Source: a virus
DNA length: 64,000 bases
Reading direction: 5' to 3' (one strand)
Virus record (IMG/VR): IMGVR_UViG_3300031088_000796
Location: 44-64,043 of that record
A model generated the notes under the pieces. The model made no database searches and had not been told where the DNA came from. It was given only the letters and a program-made list of their open reading frames with translations. Positions 37,622-47,779 of this stretch are shown piece after piece. The translations under genes were made by a program, and so were the position numbers. Numbering within the stretch: the stretch's first letter is position 1; each line of letters begins with the position of its first letter.

Positions 37622-38334
37622 TGGACCTCAAGCCGTTACAGTTAAGCGCCGAGTACGACAACCTTGAGTCGGAGTTTAAGGCTCTATTCCTGAGCCTATA
37701 TCGCAAACGGCTCAATGAGCCCGTAGTCGACGCCAACACCCTGGGTATGCCCCACTTGGGGCCAGACACCTTTATCAGTCGAGGACTCAATAACGACGGT
37801 CTGGCGCTGCTCAATGACACGACCAGCGAAAAGACGCGCATGTTGTTCAAGGCCTGGCGCTACCTGAATCCACAGCGCGGCACCAAATTTTTGGAGTTCT
37901 ACCTGCGGGCCTTGTTCGGAGACGTCTACACAATCGACCAGCTCTGGTGCAAGAAGGCTGGCCAATATCCCGTGGACGTGATGAGCGAGTCGGAAATGCT
38001 CGCAGCGGGCGAAAATGAGGCTGATTGGTTCCTGACAAGCCGCCTACGCGTGGACATTGAAACGGAAATCGTCCCTGAACGCATTTTGCGTGCGGCCAGG
38101 ACCGCGATCGCGGCTAGGTTTGTCCTGGAGCTGCGTGCTGCACGCCGCACCAAGCTGACGTTCCCGCTCGGAATGATTGCCTATAGCGTCAATGTCGTTC
38201 GCTCCAGTGGCACGGCTCTTTATCAGCAACCTGCTATCGAAAGCAGGGCCACCGTCGGCACTGGTACGAAAGGCAGCGGGGCCAACTTTACCTACAGCTC
38301 GATAGACCGTTTAGACATGCAAACCTTCACCTAG
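37621..38334 (+). CDS. Baseplate protein
   Basis: RGTKFLEFYLRALFG; between the J-like gene and the fibre. Confidence 0.6.
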   Translation: MDLKPLQLSAEYDNLESEFKALFLSLYRKRLNEPVVDANTLGMPHLGPDTFISRGLNNDGLALLNDTTSEKTRMLFKAWRYLNPQRGTKFLEFYLRALFGDVYTIDQLWCKKAGQYPVDVMSESEMLAAGENEADWFLTSRLRVDIETEIVPERILRAARTAIAARFVLELRAARRTKLTFPLGMIAYSVNVVRSSGTALYQQPAIESRATVGTGTKGSGANFTYSSIDRLDMQTFT

Positions 38335-38386
38335 TAGGGCCACACGCCGACGGTACCCTTTGCCACAAATAACCCTCGGGGGCTTT

Positions 38387-40861
38387 ATGGCAAATCCTGT
38401 AATCATCAACCCCACGCTAACGTTGGCGGGCCAAAGGGCCGCATTCAACGCCGCCAATACGGGGATTGAGCTGCAATTAGACGCGGTATCTTTCGGGCGT
38501 GATCACTATGACCCGACCGGCGAAGAGCTGGCGCTCAAGAGTCCCGTAGGCAAAAAAGTTCCCCTGGCTGGGGCGAGCCGTCCGACTCCTTATCAAATCC
38601 GCATGGTCAGTACCTGGCGGGAAGATGTGGGCGAAGTGCCTATTGGAGAAATCGGCTTTTGGTCCGGCGACGTGCTTGTTTTTGTCTGGTCAAAGGCTGA
38701 CGGCTCGATCGCGTCCTACAAGACCGACGGCGTGTCCTATGTGCTGTTCAATGACCTGGCATTCGCACAGGTACCAGCCGACAGCATCAGTTTCACAGTA
38801 GATCCAAACGAAAGCGTGGCACTGGCCGCGCTGCTGGCGCATGAGGGCGCTGCGAACGCGCACCCACAGTATCTGCTGCGCGCTGACGTTGCGAAGGACA
38901 GCGGGCCTCTGGCGTGGCTTGGGCTGGCGGCTGGTACCGCCAATGCCCTGGACCTTTCTTTGGTCGCCAAGGAGGCAAAGCTACCTGACTACGCTCCTGG
39001 CCAACGCTTCCAATTCCGCGCCAAGACAACCAATACCGGGGCGGTGACCGCCAAAATCGCGGGACTGGGCGTGAAGTCGGTTAAAAAGGCTGGTGACGCG
39101 GGCTTGATCGACGTGGAGGCGGGTGACATCAAGGCCGATGCGCTCTATGACCTCAACTACGATGGCACCTCTTTCCAGTTAGGCGGTGGCGTAGGCTCGG
39201 GCAAGGCGTTTGTGCGGTACTCGTTTACCGCTTCCGTGGCACAGACCATCTTCCCTGCTGACCACACTATCGGCGCTACCGTCGTCCTGCGCGATGGCCG
39301 AGAGGTCACTGACTTCCTTTCGGATGGCGCCAAGATAACCATGCGTACCCCCTGCGACTTGGGGACCAGTGTAGAAATTCTGGCGTTCAAATCCTTCAAG
39401 GTTGCCGACACCTATACAAAGGCCGAGCTGCAAGCACTGCTCGCCACCGCGTCGGGGGTTCCCGTGGGGGCGATGTTGCCATTCCCGCGTGGGGTGCTGC
39501 CACCTGGCTTCCTGGAAGTAGACGGCTCCCAATTTGACCCGCTGATGTTCCCGGATCTAGCAGCCTTCCTGGGTGGCTCCAAGTTGCCTGAGTCGCGCGG
39601 TGAATTTCTGAGAGGCTGGGATCATGGCCGAGGTGTAGACCCCAACCGGGAAATTGGCAGCTTACAAGGGGATGACATCAAAGCTCACACCCATAAGGAC
39701 ATTGGTTTTGTCGATAGCGTGGGGGCGGGGGCGGGGGCATCTGGAATCACCGGAGCACAACCCACAGTCGGTTCGATTTTCGGGAAAGTTTATGGTCTCG
39801 GTGGTGCGAACTCGGCAAAAGGATATCAAGAAACCTCGCCTGGCTCGATGACTGGCGGCATTGGCGGGCTGGTATCTGGCAGTACAGGAGGAAGTGAATC
39901 GCGCCCACGAAACCTGGCGGTTATGTGGTGCATAAAGGCTTGGAACGCTCCAATCAATCAGGGAACGATTGACATCGCTGTGCTGGTGAGCACCGTCCAG
40001 GGCTTCATGCGCGACGAGGCCACCGTCGCAGAAATGACAACCGCACCCGACGCCGCCAGTAAACATTGGGTTTCTGTACGCCGTTTTCTGGCGGCAGTAG
40101 CCCTAAAGGCCGATATCGACAGCCCAACGTTCACCGGTAACCCTAAGGGCCCTACTCCTGCGGCATGGGATAAAAGTAAAGCTCTCGCTAATACCGAGTT
40201 CGTTAATGCTTCACAGGGTAGTTTCTCGATGCATGGCCCTATTTCTGCAAACAGAAGTTTGAATATTAAAGAAATAGGTGGCCTTTTATGGTTCAGCGGA
40301 AACTACAGCTTGGCGTTGCCTAAACCGTCGTCGCTTAGCTTACCTATGGGCGCAGCGGTAAATGTATTTACAACTTCGGTTGGTGGCAGCATTGTCTCTC
40401 AACCTGGGGTAGTTATTCAGGACCAGTCGGGTGCCCCCCAAACCACATTCAAAATGAGCCCCGGCCAATCTCTATGTCTAGTAGCAGTGTCGGATATCCA
40501 ATGGTTAGTTACAGACTCTACCGCTGGCTTGGAAAACAACTCTGACTTTCGCCAATCTAAAGCTGTTAACGGGTTCCGGTATTTGCCAGGAGGAATGCTT
40601 GAGTGCTGGGGGTTGTCAGCGCCTAGCACCGACAAAGTGAATATCACGTTCCCTGAACAGTTCTCTCAAATACCGTTCATTGTTCCCTATGACAGCTCTG
40701 CCCAAGGCGCAACTGTAATGACTCTCTGGCAAAACACTGCCGTAACAACGACCGGCTTTATTGCTCAGAATATGTGTTCATTGATTCGTGGAAGTACCGC
40801 TGTGAATGGGGTTACAAACTCTCAATGTAACTGGCGCGCCTGGGGCTGGGTTAATAAATAA
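38387..40861 (+). CDS. Tail fibre protein 1
   Basis: AHPQYL, collar domain PVGA..PFP...GFL..DG...RGEFLRGWD.GRGVD, DSPTFTGNP repeat, C-terminal LPGG..ECWG. Confidence 0.9.
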   Translation: MANPVIINPTLTLAGQRAAFNAANTGIELQLDAVSFGRDHYDPTGEELALKSPVGKKVPLAGASRPTPYQIRMVSTWREDVGEVPIGEIGFWSGDVLVFVWSKADGSIASYKTDGVSYVLFNDLAFAQVPADSISFTVDPNESVALAALLAHEGAANAHPQYLLRADVAKDSGPLAWLGLAAGTANALDLSLVAKEAKLPDYAPGQRFQFRAKTTNTGAVTAKIAGLGVKSVKKAGDAGLIDVEAGDIKADALYDLNYDGTSFQLGGGVGSGKAFVRYSFTASVAQTIFPADHTIGATVVLRDGREVTDFLSDGAKITMRTPCDLGTSVEILAFKSFKVADTYTKAELQALLATASGVPVGAMLPFPRGVLPPGFLEVDGSQFDPLMFPDLAAFLGGSKLPESRGEFLRGWDHGRGVDPNREIGSLQGDDIKAHTHKDIGFVDSVGAGAGASGITGAQPTVGSIFGKVYGLGGANSAKGYQETSPGSMTGGIGGLVSGSTGGSESRPRNLAVMWCIKAWNAPINQGTIDIAVLVSTVQGFMRDEATVAEMTTAPDAASKHWVSVRRFLAAVALKADIDSPTFTGNPKGPTPAAWDKSKALANTEFVNASQGSFSMHGPISANRSLNIKEIGGLLWFSGNYSLALPKPSSLSLPMGAAVNVFTTSVGGSIVSQPGVVIQDQSGAPQTTFKMSPGQSLCLVAVSDIQWLVTDSTAGLENNSDFRQSKAVNGFRYLPGGMLECWGLSAPSTDKVNITFPEQFSQIPFIVPYDSSAQGATVMTLWQNTAVTTTGFIAQNMCSLIRGSTAVNGVTNSQCNWRAWGWVNK

Positions 40862-40874
40862 GTAGGGTTATAAT

Positions 40875-41291
40875 ATGTACGCGAAGTGGATTGAAGAAGA
40901 CGGGCGGTTTGGTTTTTCCTCCGTATATAACGGAGGCGTCAATATCACCGATAAAGAGCACCAGCGCCTGATCAATGGCGAATCTGAGGGTAAGCGCATA
41001 CAGCCTGACAGCCAAGGCTACCCGGTGCTGGTCGATATGCCGCCGCCCACGCTTGAACTGATCGCTGCTCAAGCCCGCCAGTGGCGAGACGCTGAGATTG
41101 AAAGCCTGCAATGGTTGCGAAATCGCCACCGTGACGAAATCGACTCACTGCGCCCCACAACTATGAATACAGATCAGTCGGGCGAGCTTCTAGACTACGT
41201 GCAGGCGCTGCGCGACTGGCCAAACGCTGCGGGCTTCCCAACCGATGATCGACCTTTGAGGCCGAGTTGGATTGCACTTCAAAGCGCGTAA
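40875..41291 (+). CDS. Tail fibre assembly protein 1
   Basis: WRD.EIES..WL..RHRDE...LL.YVQALRDWP....FP...RP..P.W. Confidence 0.85.
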   Translation: MYAKWIEEDGRFGFSSVYNGGVNITDKEHQRLINGESEGKRIQPDSQGYPVLVDMPPPTLELIAAQARQWRDAEIESLQWLRNRHRDEIDSLRPTTMNTDQSGELLDYVQALRDWPNAAGFPTDDRPLRPSWIALQSA

Positions 41292-41368
41292 ACCGCCTGG
41301 CCAGTAAGCGCTGGTCATGGCTCAAGATGCTTACCAAGCATCATCAGAATTAATTTACGGAGACTGCC

Positions 41369-42583
41369 ATGAGTCGCGCTGACACATTGGCTTCAAACGA
41401 TCAGAAAGTTCAGGATCATGTTTTACAAGGTGAAGCCTCGGAAGCGGAAATTACAGCTGGTGACACGGAAAGTAAGCACTGGATCTCGGTTCGCAGGTTT
41501 GTGAAGGCGCTTAAGTCGATGGCAACCGCCAGCGTCGATGATCGCAGCAAAAGCGGCGCCAACACAGAGTTCGTTCGAAACCAGATCGAGAGTCCAAACC
41601 AGTCATTCCCGACTCAAGTTTTTCGCAAAAACCGCTTGATCAACGGCAACTTCGATATCTGGCAACGTGGTGCGACCGGCACCGCTGGCAATGCTGTTGG
41701 GCCAGCGCAGTCCGTATATGGTCCAGACCGGTGGATTATTTATATGCCTGCTAACGCAAACGCTACTTGGGAACGGCTAGTTTTCGCACCAGGTACAGGC
41801 GTAAACGAAAGCCGCTATGCGTTGCGAGTTACCCGTTCAGGTACGGGCGATGGCGTGAATATCAGCCAGCGTATCGAAGGCGCCGAGTGCTTTGCGGGGA
41901 AAAAGGTGACGCTTTCTTTTTATGCGCGAGCGTCTATTAACCATGTTTGCGCTGTGATTTGCAGGCAGAACCTAGGGGCTGGTGGTTCTGACGCTGGTCC
42001 TGGCGTGGGTGCCGAAATTTCTTTAACCACAGATTACAAAAAATACACCGTTACATTAGATGTTCCTTCTATTGCGGGAAAAACGCGTGGATCAAGCGGG
42101 GACTATTTGGAAGTTGTATTCGGCAGTGCGGGTAAGGGAGGGTACACTTTCGATATCGCATCCGTTCAAGCCGAACAGGGTGCTGTAGCGACAGAATATG
42201 AGATTAGGCCCGTCGCTCATGAACTGATGCTATGCCAGCGTTACTTTGAAAAGACATTTCCCCAAGACGTGGCACCTTCAATCGACTCAGGATTATCAGG
42301 TACGCTGGTCGGCCTTGTTTATCAGAACCAGGCTGGCTCAGCGAGTCAGCCTGTGGCTCATTGGCAGTTCAAGGTAGAAAAAAGAGCAACACCGAGTATT
42401 CGCTTGTACCGACATGGCGGCAATGCAGGTGCTAATCAGTGGACAAATTCAAGCGGGGAATCAAGTACGGTAAATGCTAGTGCTTCCGGTGTTTGTTCAA
42501 GGTCTGCAACTATTGGCAATAGTGATATCGGTGTCCCTGCGACTACGTATTACATCCATGCATCGGCAGATGCCGAACTTTGA
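41369..42583 (+). CDS. Tail fibre/receptor-binding protein 2
   Basis: RKNRLINGNFDIWQRG, PDRW, EL.LCQRYFEK carbohydrate-binding-type module. Confidence 0.8.
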   Translation: MSRADTLASNDQKVQDHVLQGEASEAEITAGDTESKHWISVRRFVKALKSMATASVDDRSKSGANTEFVRNQIESPNQSFPTQVFRKNRLINGNFDIWQRGATGTAGNAVGPAQSVYGPDRWIIYMPANANATWERLVFAPGTGVNESRYALRVTRSGTGDGVNISQRIEGAECFAGKKVTLSFYARASINHVCAVICRQNLGAGGSDAGPGVGAEISLTTDYKKYTVTLDVPSIAGKTRGSSGDYLEVVFGSAGKGGYTFDIASVQAEQGAVATEYEIRPVAHELMLCQRYFEKTFPQDVAPSIDSGLSGTLVGLVYQNQAGSASQPVAHWQFKVEKRATPSIRLYRHGGNAGANQWTNSSGESSTVNASASGVCSRSATIGNSDIGVPATTYYIHASADAEL

Positions 42584-42592
42584 GGTGGATTC

Positions 42593-42970
42593 ATGGAATA
42601 TCAACTTACAGCTAGCCCTGACACGGTTGTTCGGCTGTCGGATGGCGCAACCGTACCGCGCGGACACCGTTTCTGGATTGATTACGAAAAGTGGTTGAAG
42701 GCAGGGGGTGTGGCAGTACCCGCTTTCACAATCGACCCTGCGGTCAAAGAACGAACCTGGCGCGACGTAGAAATTGAAAGTGTGAAGTGGTTACGCGATC
42801 GGCATCGGGATGAAGTCGATTCAGGCCTCCAGACGACGTTGACGGCCAAGCAATCCGGGGAGCTGATGAATTATGTGCAGGCGCTACGGGACTGGCCAGC
42901 CGCAACCGATTTTCCTTCACCCGATCACCGCCCGGTAAAGCCTGAGTGGATCGCCCTGCAAAGTCGGTAA
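42593..42970 (+). CDS. Tail fibre assembly protein 2
   Basis: Paralogue of 40875 (WRDVEIESVKWLRDRHRDE...YVQALRDWP). Confidence 0.85.
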   Translation: MEYQLTASPDTVVRLSDGATVPRGHRFWIDYEKWLKAGGVAVPAFTIDPAVKERTWRDVEIESVKWLRDRHRDEVDSGLQTTLTAKQSGELMNYVQALRDWPAATDFPSPDHRPVKPEWIALQSR

Positions 42971-43048
42971 ACCACAGGGCCAGTCGTTGCTGGCCATCCC
43001 TCAAAATAACGAGATAGCGCGCGGGTATAGAGCCCTCGCCGTTGAGGT

Positions 43049-43816
43049 GTGCGTATGCCAGATTTGAGCGGCAGTTTTATCCAGCAGAAAGAAGCGTTCG
43101 GCTGGTACATGGTCAAGTGGTTCAACGGGTTGTACACCGACACGGCTGCGCTGAAGGACTTTAGATCACGCCGTGTGGCCCAGGCCATTCAGTGGGCGCC
43201 GTCGCGTATGCTGGACCAAGCGGAAAAGATGCTGGAGCAATACCGCAAGAATGAGAACGGCCCGCCAGGCGCAACCACAAAGCTCCCGGTGGTGCTCCTT
43301 GCCACCGATGATGACTTTTTGGGTACAGGCGCCGACTTCGGTGGTCACCACACCGGTTTCGAACGCGTCCAGATCCTTGAGGGCGGTTCCTGGTATGACT
43401 ACCGCCAGGATATGCACGACCGCCGCATTCAGGTAGCGGTCGTCGCCAGCGATATCGACACAGCAAAGTCGCTGGCGGCGCAACTAAGCGCCTACATGCA
43501 AGAGCCACATCACCGCTACCTGGACGCCAAGTACTCTTTCGGCCAATACATTGTCCCGGCGTCCATGCAGCTGGAGACGAAGCGCATCGATTGGATGAAG
43601 GTTGATACCGATCAGAAGAACATCAAGATTCTTGCCGCCGATATCGCGCTTAAGTGCGTTGTGCCCATCCTACGGGGTCCGAATGAGGACGAGCCAAACG
43701 ATGGTACCGACAACATGCCACCGGGCTTCCCAGTGGTGAAGAAGGTGCACAACCTCCAGGGCATGGGCCACGATCTAAACCACCTGGTGCCTGGCGATGA
43801 ACGTATATCTGAGTGA
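43049..43816 (+). CDS. probable tail/baseplate completion protein
   Basis: Position before the hub and spike, as in P1-like tail operons. Confidence 0.5.
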   Translation: MRMPDLSGSFIQQKEAFGWYMVKWFNGLYTDTAALKDFRSRRVAQAIQWAPSRMLDQAEKMLEQYRKNENGPPGATTKLPVVLLATDDDFLGTGADFGGHHTGFERVQILEGGSWYDYRQDMHDRRIQVAVVASDIDTAKSLAAQLSAYMQEPHHRYLDAKYSFGQYIVPASMQLETKRIDWMKVDTDQKNIKILAADIALKCVVPILRGPNEDEPNDGTDNMPPGFPVVKKVHNLQGMGHDLNHLVPGDERISE

Positions 43817-44696
43817 GAACAGCGATCAGCTGCCCACGGACGTTGTGATTCGCTGGGTTAGCCGATCGGACCTCACACCTGTACTACGGAACCTTGAGTT
43901 CACCGTCAAGCTGATCGACGGGCTGGAGGCCAAGCTAAGGCGTGGCGTCACCGTTTGGTCTGGCCGGGAGAACCTTCCGTACAAGATCGTGAAAACGCAG
44001 CGCGAAAAGCCATTGGGAGAGGTTCAAGGCAAAAGCCAGCAGCAGGCCATGAGCGTGACCGCGTTGCTGGCCAGTTGCGCGCCGCTCGCTGAACCCCTGG
44101 CCCAGGCGGTGGTGCTACGTAACACACCGTTTTCGAACGTCCTGCGCAGTTGCGGGGCCCATTTACGCATTGGTAGCGACTTCGCTGTGCCTCGGTTCAC
44201 CTGCTTTCGCGGACGACAGCCCAGTTACAGCGTCGTCAGGGTGCTCCAGGAAGAGGGGGCCGCCCTGGTGCTGATCAGCGGCAGATTACAGGTGATGCGC
44301 CTTACCGATATCGCCAAGCAGGCGCCGGTCGATGACATTGGCCAGGTCGATGCAAGCGCACGGATAGACAGCGAGTTTCTTGAACTTCAGCAGGTACCGA
44401 GCTGGTATAGCGTCAACGACTCAGGGGCGATCGTCACCGGCCAGATGGGAGAGTCGCGGGTGGTGAACTACATGCCCCGAGGCGATCTACGCCAATTGCG
44501 CAACGCTTCTTGCGTTCTGGTACGCAGCAAAACCGTGGACTCGCAGCAGTGCCAGCAGATCCAGGCAGGGAACGTGCTCACCGTCGGTGGCGAGAACCTG
44601 GTAGTCATCACCGCCGCCCACGCAGCCATCCAGAAGACGGGGGCCATGGAAAGCTACAGCCGCCTTTGGTTGGGGAGATTGGTCAATGCTACCTAA
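43797..44696 (+). CDS. probable baseplate hub protein
   Basis: 299 aa immediately upstream of spike and PAAR. Confidence 0.55.
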   Translation: MNVYLSENSDQLPTDVVIRWVSRSDLTPVLRNLEFTVKLIDGLEAKLRRGVTVWSGRENLPYKIVKTQREKPLGEVQGKSQQQAMSVTALLASCAPLAEPLAQAVVLRNTPFSNVLRSCGAHLRIGSDFAVPRFTCFRGRQPSYSVVRVLQEEGAALVLISGRLQVMRLTDIAKQAPVDDIGQVDASARIDSEFLELQQVPSWYSVNDSGAIVTGQMGESRVVNYMPRGDLRQLRNASCVLVRSKTVDSQQCQQIQAGNVLTVGGENLVVITAAHAAIQKTGAMESYSRLWLGRLVNAT

Positions 44697-45159
44697 CTTG
44701 ATACCCGCGTATGTGCGTTCCGTTGAAGGTAACCGCCAACGGCGGGAGATTCGCGTAGAGATATCGCCGTATACCGACGGCGCCAGTGAATGGCCAATCG
44801 CCGAGATGTGTTACCCGATTGGTGATGACTCCACTAACACGGAGATTCGTGTGGTGGTGGGAATGCCGGTATGGGTGGCCTTCCGCGGTGGTGATGAGCG
44901 CTATCCGATCATCATGGGCCACCGCCCGGTCAACGTTGGTAACGAGCAGTCCACCAGGCGCTGGGATCACGACAACTTTGAGTCGAATGCGGATGTGAAC
45001 TACACGGTGAATGCCGGGAAAGACATCATAGTGAATGCAGGACAGAACGTATTGATCCAAGCCGGGGCCAAAATCACGCTCGTAGTGGGCGGTTCTACCT
45101 TGACCATCACCTCAGCAGAAATTGCCGCGATCGCGGGGAAAATCAACCTCAACGCATAG
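44686..45159 (+). CDS. Baseplate spike (gp5/gpV-like)
   Basis: VWVAFRGGDERYPIIMG and C-terminal beta-helical repeats. Confidence 0.8.
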   Translation: MLPNLIPAYVRSVEGNRQRREIRVEISPYTDGASEWPIAEMCYPIGDDSTNTEIRVVVGMPVWVAFRGGDERYPIIMGHRPVNVGNEQSTRRWDHDNFESNADVNYTVNAGKDIIVNAGQNVLIQAGAKITLVVGGSTLTITSAEIAAIAGKINLNA

Positions 45160-45168
45160 GGGGAACTC

Positions 45169-45432
45169 ATGCCAGGCATAGCACGCGTGGGCGTTGACAC
45201 AGCAGGCGGAATCATCAAAGGGAACCTTGCCCCGACTGTGTTCGTGAACGGGGCCCCCATAGCCGTCAAAGGCGCCGACGTTACAGGTCATGGCGCTGGC
45301 GCACATGCGGGCCCGGTGATGGTGGGGGCCAGTGCTACAGTTTTCGCCCATGGTATTCCCGTTTGCAGAGCTGGTGACGCGGCAACGTGCGGTGATACGG
45401 CTACAGGCTCCGGCAACGTCTTTGCTGGATAG
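45169..45432 (+). CDS. PAAR-domain spike tip protein
   Basis: ARVGVD...VFVNG.PIA..G...H...H...VFA.G.P..R.GD.ATCG...TGS.NVFAG. Confidence 0.9.
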   Translation: MPGIARVGVDTAGGIIKGNLAPTVFVNGAPIAVKGADVTGHGAGAHAGPVMVGASATVFAHGIPVCRAGDAATCGDTATGSGNVFAG

Positions 45433-45558
45433 TGTGATTTTGTACAGTCTGTATAAAAAAACATAACACTTGGAATGCTTCGTTCACGCAAAGCGATCGT
45501 TTTTGCTGTTCGGATGGGCCTCACAATCATGTGTATCTCTACATGTGCCGAGGCCGTC

Positions 45559-46566
45559 ATGCCGCAAACCAATTCCCTAGACTTTTCTTCGCCAGCGAGC
45601 GCAGAAAAGGCACTTAAAAAAGTTAGCCAACTGCTGGGCCGGGCCGGACAGCCTGTAGCCGGTTACGAATTCATCCAGAAAAAGCGGCGAACCGCAGATG
45701 TCAATTTTCAGGAAGCGTTTCTGACCCTGGTCAGCGGCCAAACGATCACGCTGCGGGTGAACGTTACAGGTGATATTTACCAGGTACTAATCAACAACTC
45801 GTTGAGGCCCCTGAAAGAGCACTCCGATACGGAAAAAGCCGTAGTTGAGATCGCCGCGCAGGCAGAAAAAAGCCAAGCCGCGTTCCAGAAGGCCCAGGCT
45901 CGCAAGGTTGTTGCGCTACCCAAGGGAATGGTCACCGCCAGGCCCAAGCTGGTCGAGGCGTTGCAACAGCAAGTAAGCGAGCTGGATACGCAGATCAGTG
46001 AGCGTCGAGCCACAATCTTGGAGCTACAGGCCAGGCTGGGGGCCGGGACAATGACCGACGGCGTACAGAACGAGCTGCCCAATCTCGGCGTTGAGGCGGG
46101 CGAAGTCGAAGCCTTGTTGAACCTGGCCAGCACCTATGTGGCTGCGCGAGAACTAGCTGCCGCCACCGGTATCTTGCTCGATGACGCGTCTACGGACGGG
46201 GCGAAGGCGTATCTACAGATCGGGCTGGAAGTGGTCGAAACCAATGGCCCCATCAGCTTGGAAGAAGGCAACGTAGAACAGGCCCGCCTGCAACTGCGCA
46301 TGGTCGAATCATTCAAGGCAGCTATTGCGATGCTCGACAGTGCCAACGATCGACAGATGGACGACAAGGCGCTGGAGCAGCTGGTGGCCATCGCCCAAGC
46401 GTCAGCCGCGTCAGAAGATGAGATAGCGGACCAGACTGCTTTGGCGACCTTGCTGGCGCTGTCAATGGTTGACGTCGCCGAAGGAATTTATTTCCTGAGC
46501 GAAAAGGGTCGCCAACACCTCAACGACAACGGTTACGACGCCTACGGGGAGCCTTTCGCAGAGTAG
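45559..46566 (+). CDS. Hdf-like protein (DarA N-terminal-domain family)
   Basis: SGQTITLRVNVTGDIYQVLIN...PL, similar to the DarA-type segment SDGQTVSVFFH in 52797; coiled coil follows. Confidence 0.65.
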   Translation: MPQTNSLDFSSPASAEKALKKVSQLLGRAGQPVAGYEFIQKKRRTADVNFQEAFLTLVSGQTITLRVNVTGDIYQVLINNSLRPLKEHSDTEKAVVEIAAQAEKSQAAFQKAQARKVVALPKGMVTARPKLVEALQQQVSELDTQISERRATILELQARLGAGTMTDGVQNELPNLGVEAGEVEALLNLASTYVAARELAAATGILLDDASTDGAKAYLQIGLEVVETNGPISLEEGNVEQARLQLRMVESFKAAIAMLDSANDRQMDDKALEQLVAIAQASAASEDEIADQTALATLLALSMVDVAEGIYFLSEKGRQHLNDNGYDAYGEPFAE

Positions 46567-46742
46567 TCCGAAGGAAGCCGCGATGGGGTGAGGTGAGATT
46601 GCGGAGTTAAATATGTCGAAAACATTATATTTTTGATGTTTAATCGTTCCCGACTTGTACGGGGATAGTTTATGTCGATCCAAAAACGTCCACAACAACA
46701 CGGCAGGAAATACTCCCAGCTGGGCTGGGCCGGGGGTGCCCG

Positions 46743-46934
46743 ATGATGCTCTTGGCAAATAACCAGATTGATGAGCGGGATCTAATTGCGTTCGTAATGC
46801 GCAGTATGCGCCCTTGTAAACGCCCGCAGGTGCGCTGGATTTTGGTGCGCGACACCTTTGGGGTTGGTTCGACGGTGGCTTATGCAATGTGCCGCGAGTT
46901 CAACCTGGACCCCGAAGAGAAGATGACCCCATGA
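46743..46934 (+). CDS. small hypothetical protein
   Basis: RW.LVRDTFGVGST.A..MCREFNLDP. Confidence 0.55.
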   Translation: MMLLANNQIDERDLIAFVMRSMRPCKRPQVRWILVRDTFGVGSTVAYAMCREFNLDPEEKMTP

Positions 46935-47269
46935 CACTCCCGCCGCTCATAAGCTCGCAGCGTTATCTAAGTCCCGAGGCCGTCCAACGCAAAGCTGCCA
47001 AGTTCAAGGTGTTCGCGGTTAGCACGGTGACTCTGGAGCTATTGGGCAAGCAATACCGGGTGCTGCTCGACGGACACCACAATCTGGCAGCAGCACGCCT
47101 GGTGGGCGTTGAGCCTCAGTGGCGCGGCCCGTCGCCCAAGATGCAGCGCTTGATTCGACGCACGCCAAAAGCCGACTTGGCCCGCTTTCTCATCAACAAT
47201 CTGACCGACAGTGACTGGTACTTCATTGATTCCGGCGCCGTGGTGCAAGAGTTACTGGATTTCGTCTGA
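46931..47269 (+). CDS. ParB/Srx-like small protein
   Basis: LISSQRYL...RVLLDGHHNLAAARLVG. Confidence 0.6.
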   Translation: MTLPPLISSQRYLSPEAVQRKAAKFKVFAVSTVTLELLGKQYRVLLDGHHNLAAARLVGVEPQWRGPSPKMQRLIRRTPKADLARFLINNLTDSDWYFIDSGAVVQELLDFV

Positions 47270-47392
47270 TCCTCCAGTGGATAGGCGCCGTTTCTGATTT
47301 TCACCTACCCGCATAAATGGTCATTAAACAATAGTGTTTTAGTTATGTTTATAAGTCTCTAAGTCCGGGGATGTTTTTTGAGGTGAAATGAA

Positions 47393-47779
47393 ATGCTGCT
47401 CATGTCAGAGGCCCGTATTACGTTGAACGCGATCGCCAATCACCTGGCCCGCTACAGCTATCGGTACAGCAGTGAAGAGCTGTTGCACGCGGCATTGTCG
47501 AAAGTCCTGGAAACGCATGGCTTTGACTTCAAACACGAGCATGTCCTGGACGCGCGCAACCGCGTGGACTTCTGGATCAACGGCATTGTGATCGAGGTCA
47601 AGGTAGACGGCTCCATGCCCGACGCGCTGCGCCAAGTGGATCGCTATATCAACTTACCGAGCGTCCAGGGCGTAATTCTGGCCGGTACACCGCGCTGGGC
47701 TGCGCAAGAGCTGGTGCAAAAGCCTGTGTGGAAGGACAAACCGTTTCAGATGATCAGGCTGGAGAGGCAGTACCTATGA
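47393..47779 (+). CDS. PD-(D/E)XK-family nuclease-like protein
   Basis: EH.L....RVDF.I..IVIEVK...QV.RY. Confidence 0.7.
   Translation: MLLMSEARITLNAIANHLARYSYRYSSEELLHAALSKVLETHGFDFKHEHVLDARNRVDFWINGIVIEVKVDGSMPDALRQVDRYINLPSVQGVILAGTPRWAAQELVQKPVWKDKPFQMIRLERQYL

Noticed and set aside
28320-45500. GCAAAGC as a late-promoter motif (about 28325, 35908, 45488)
   Set aside because: Only 7 bp, GC-rich background and inconsistent distance to start codons; needs motif statistics.
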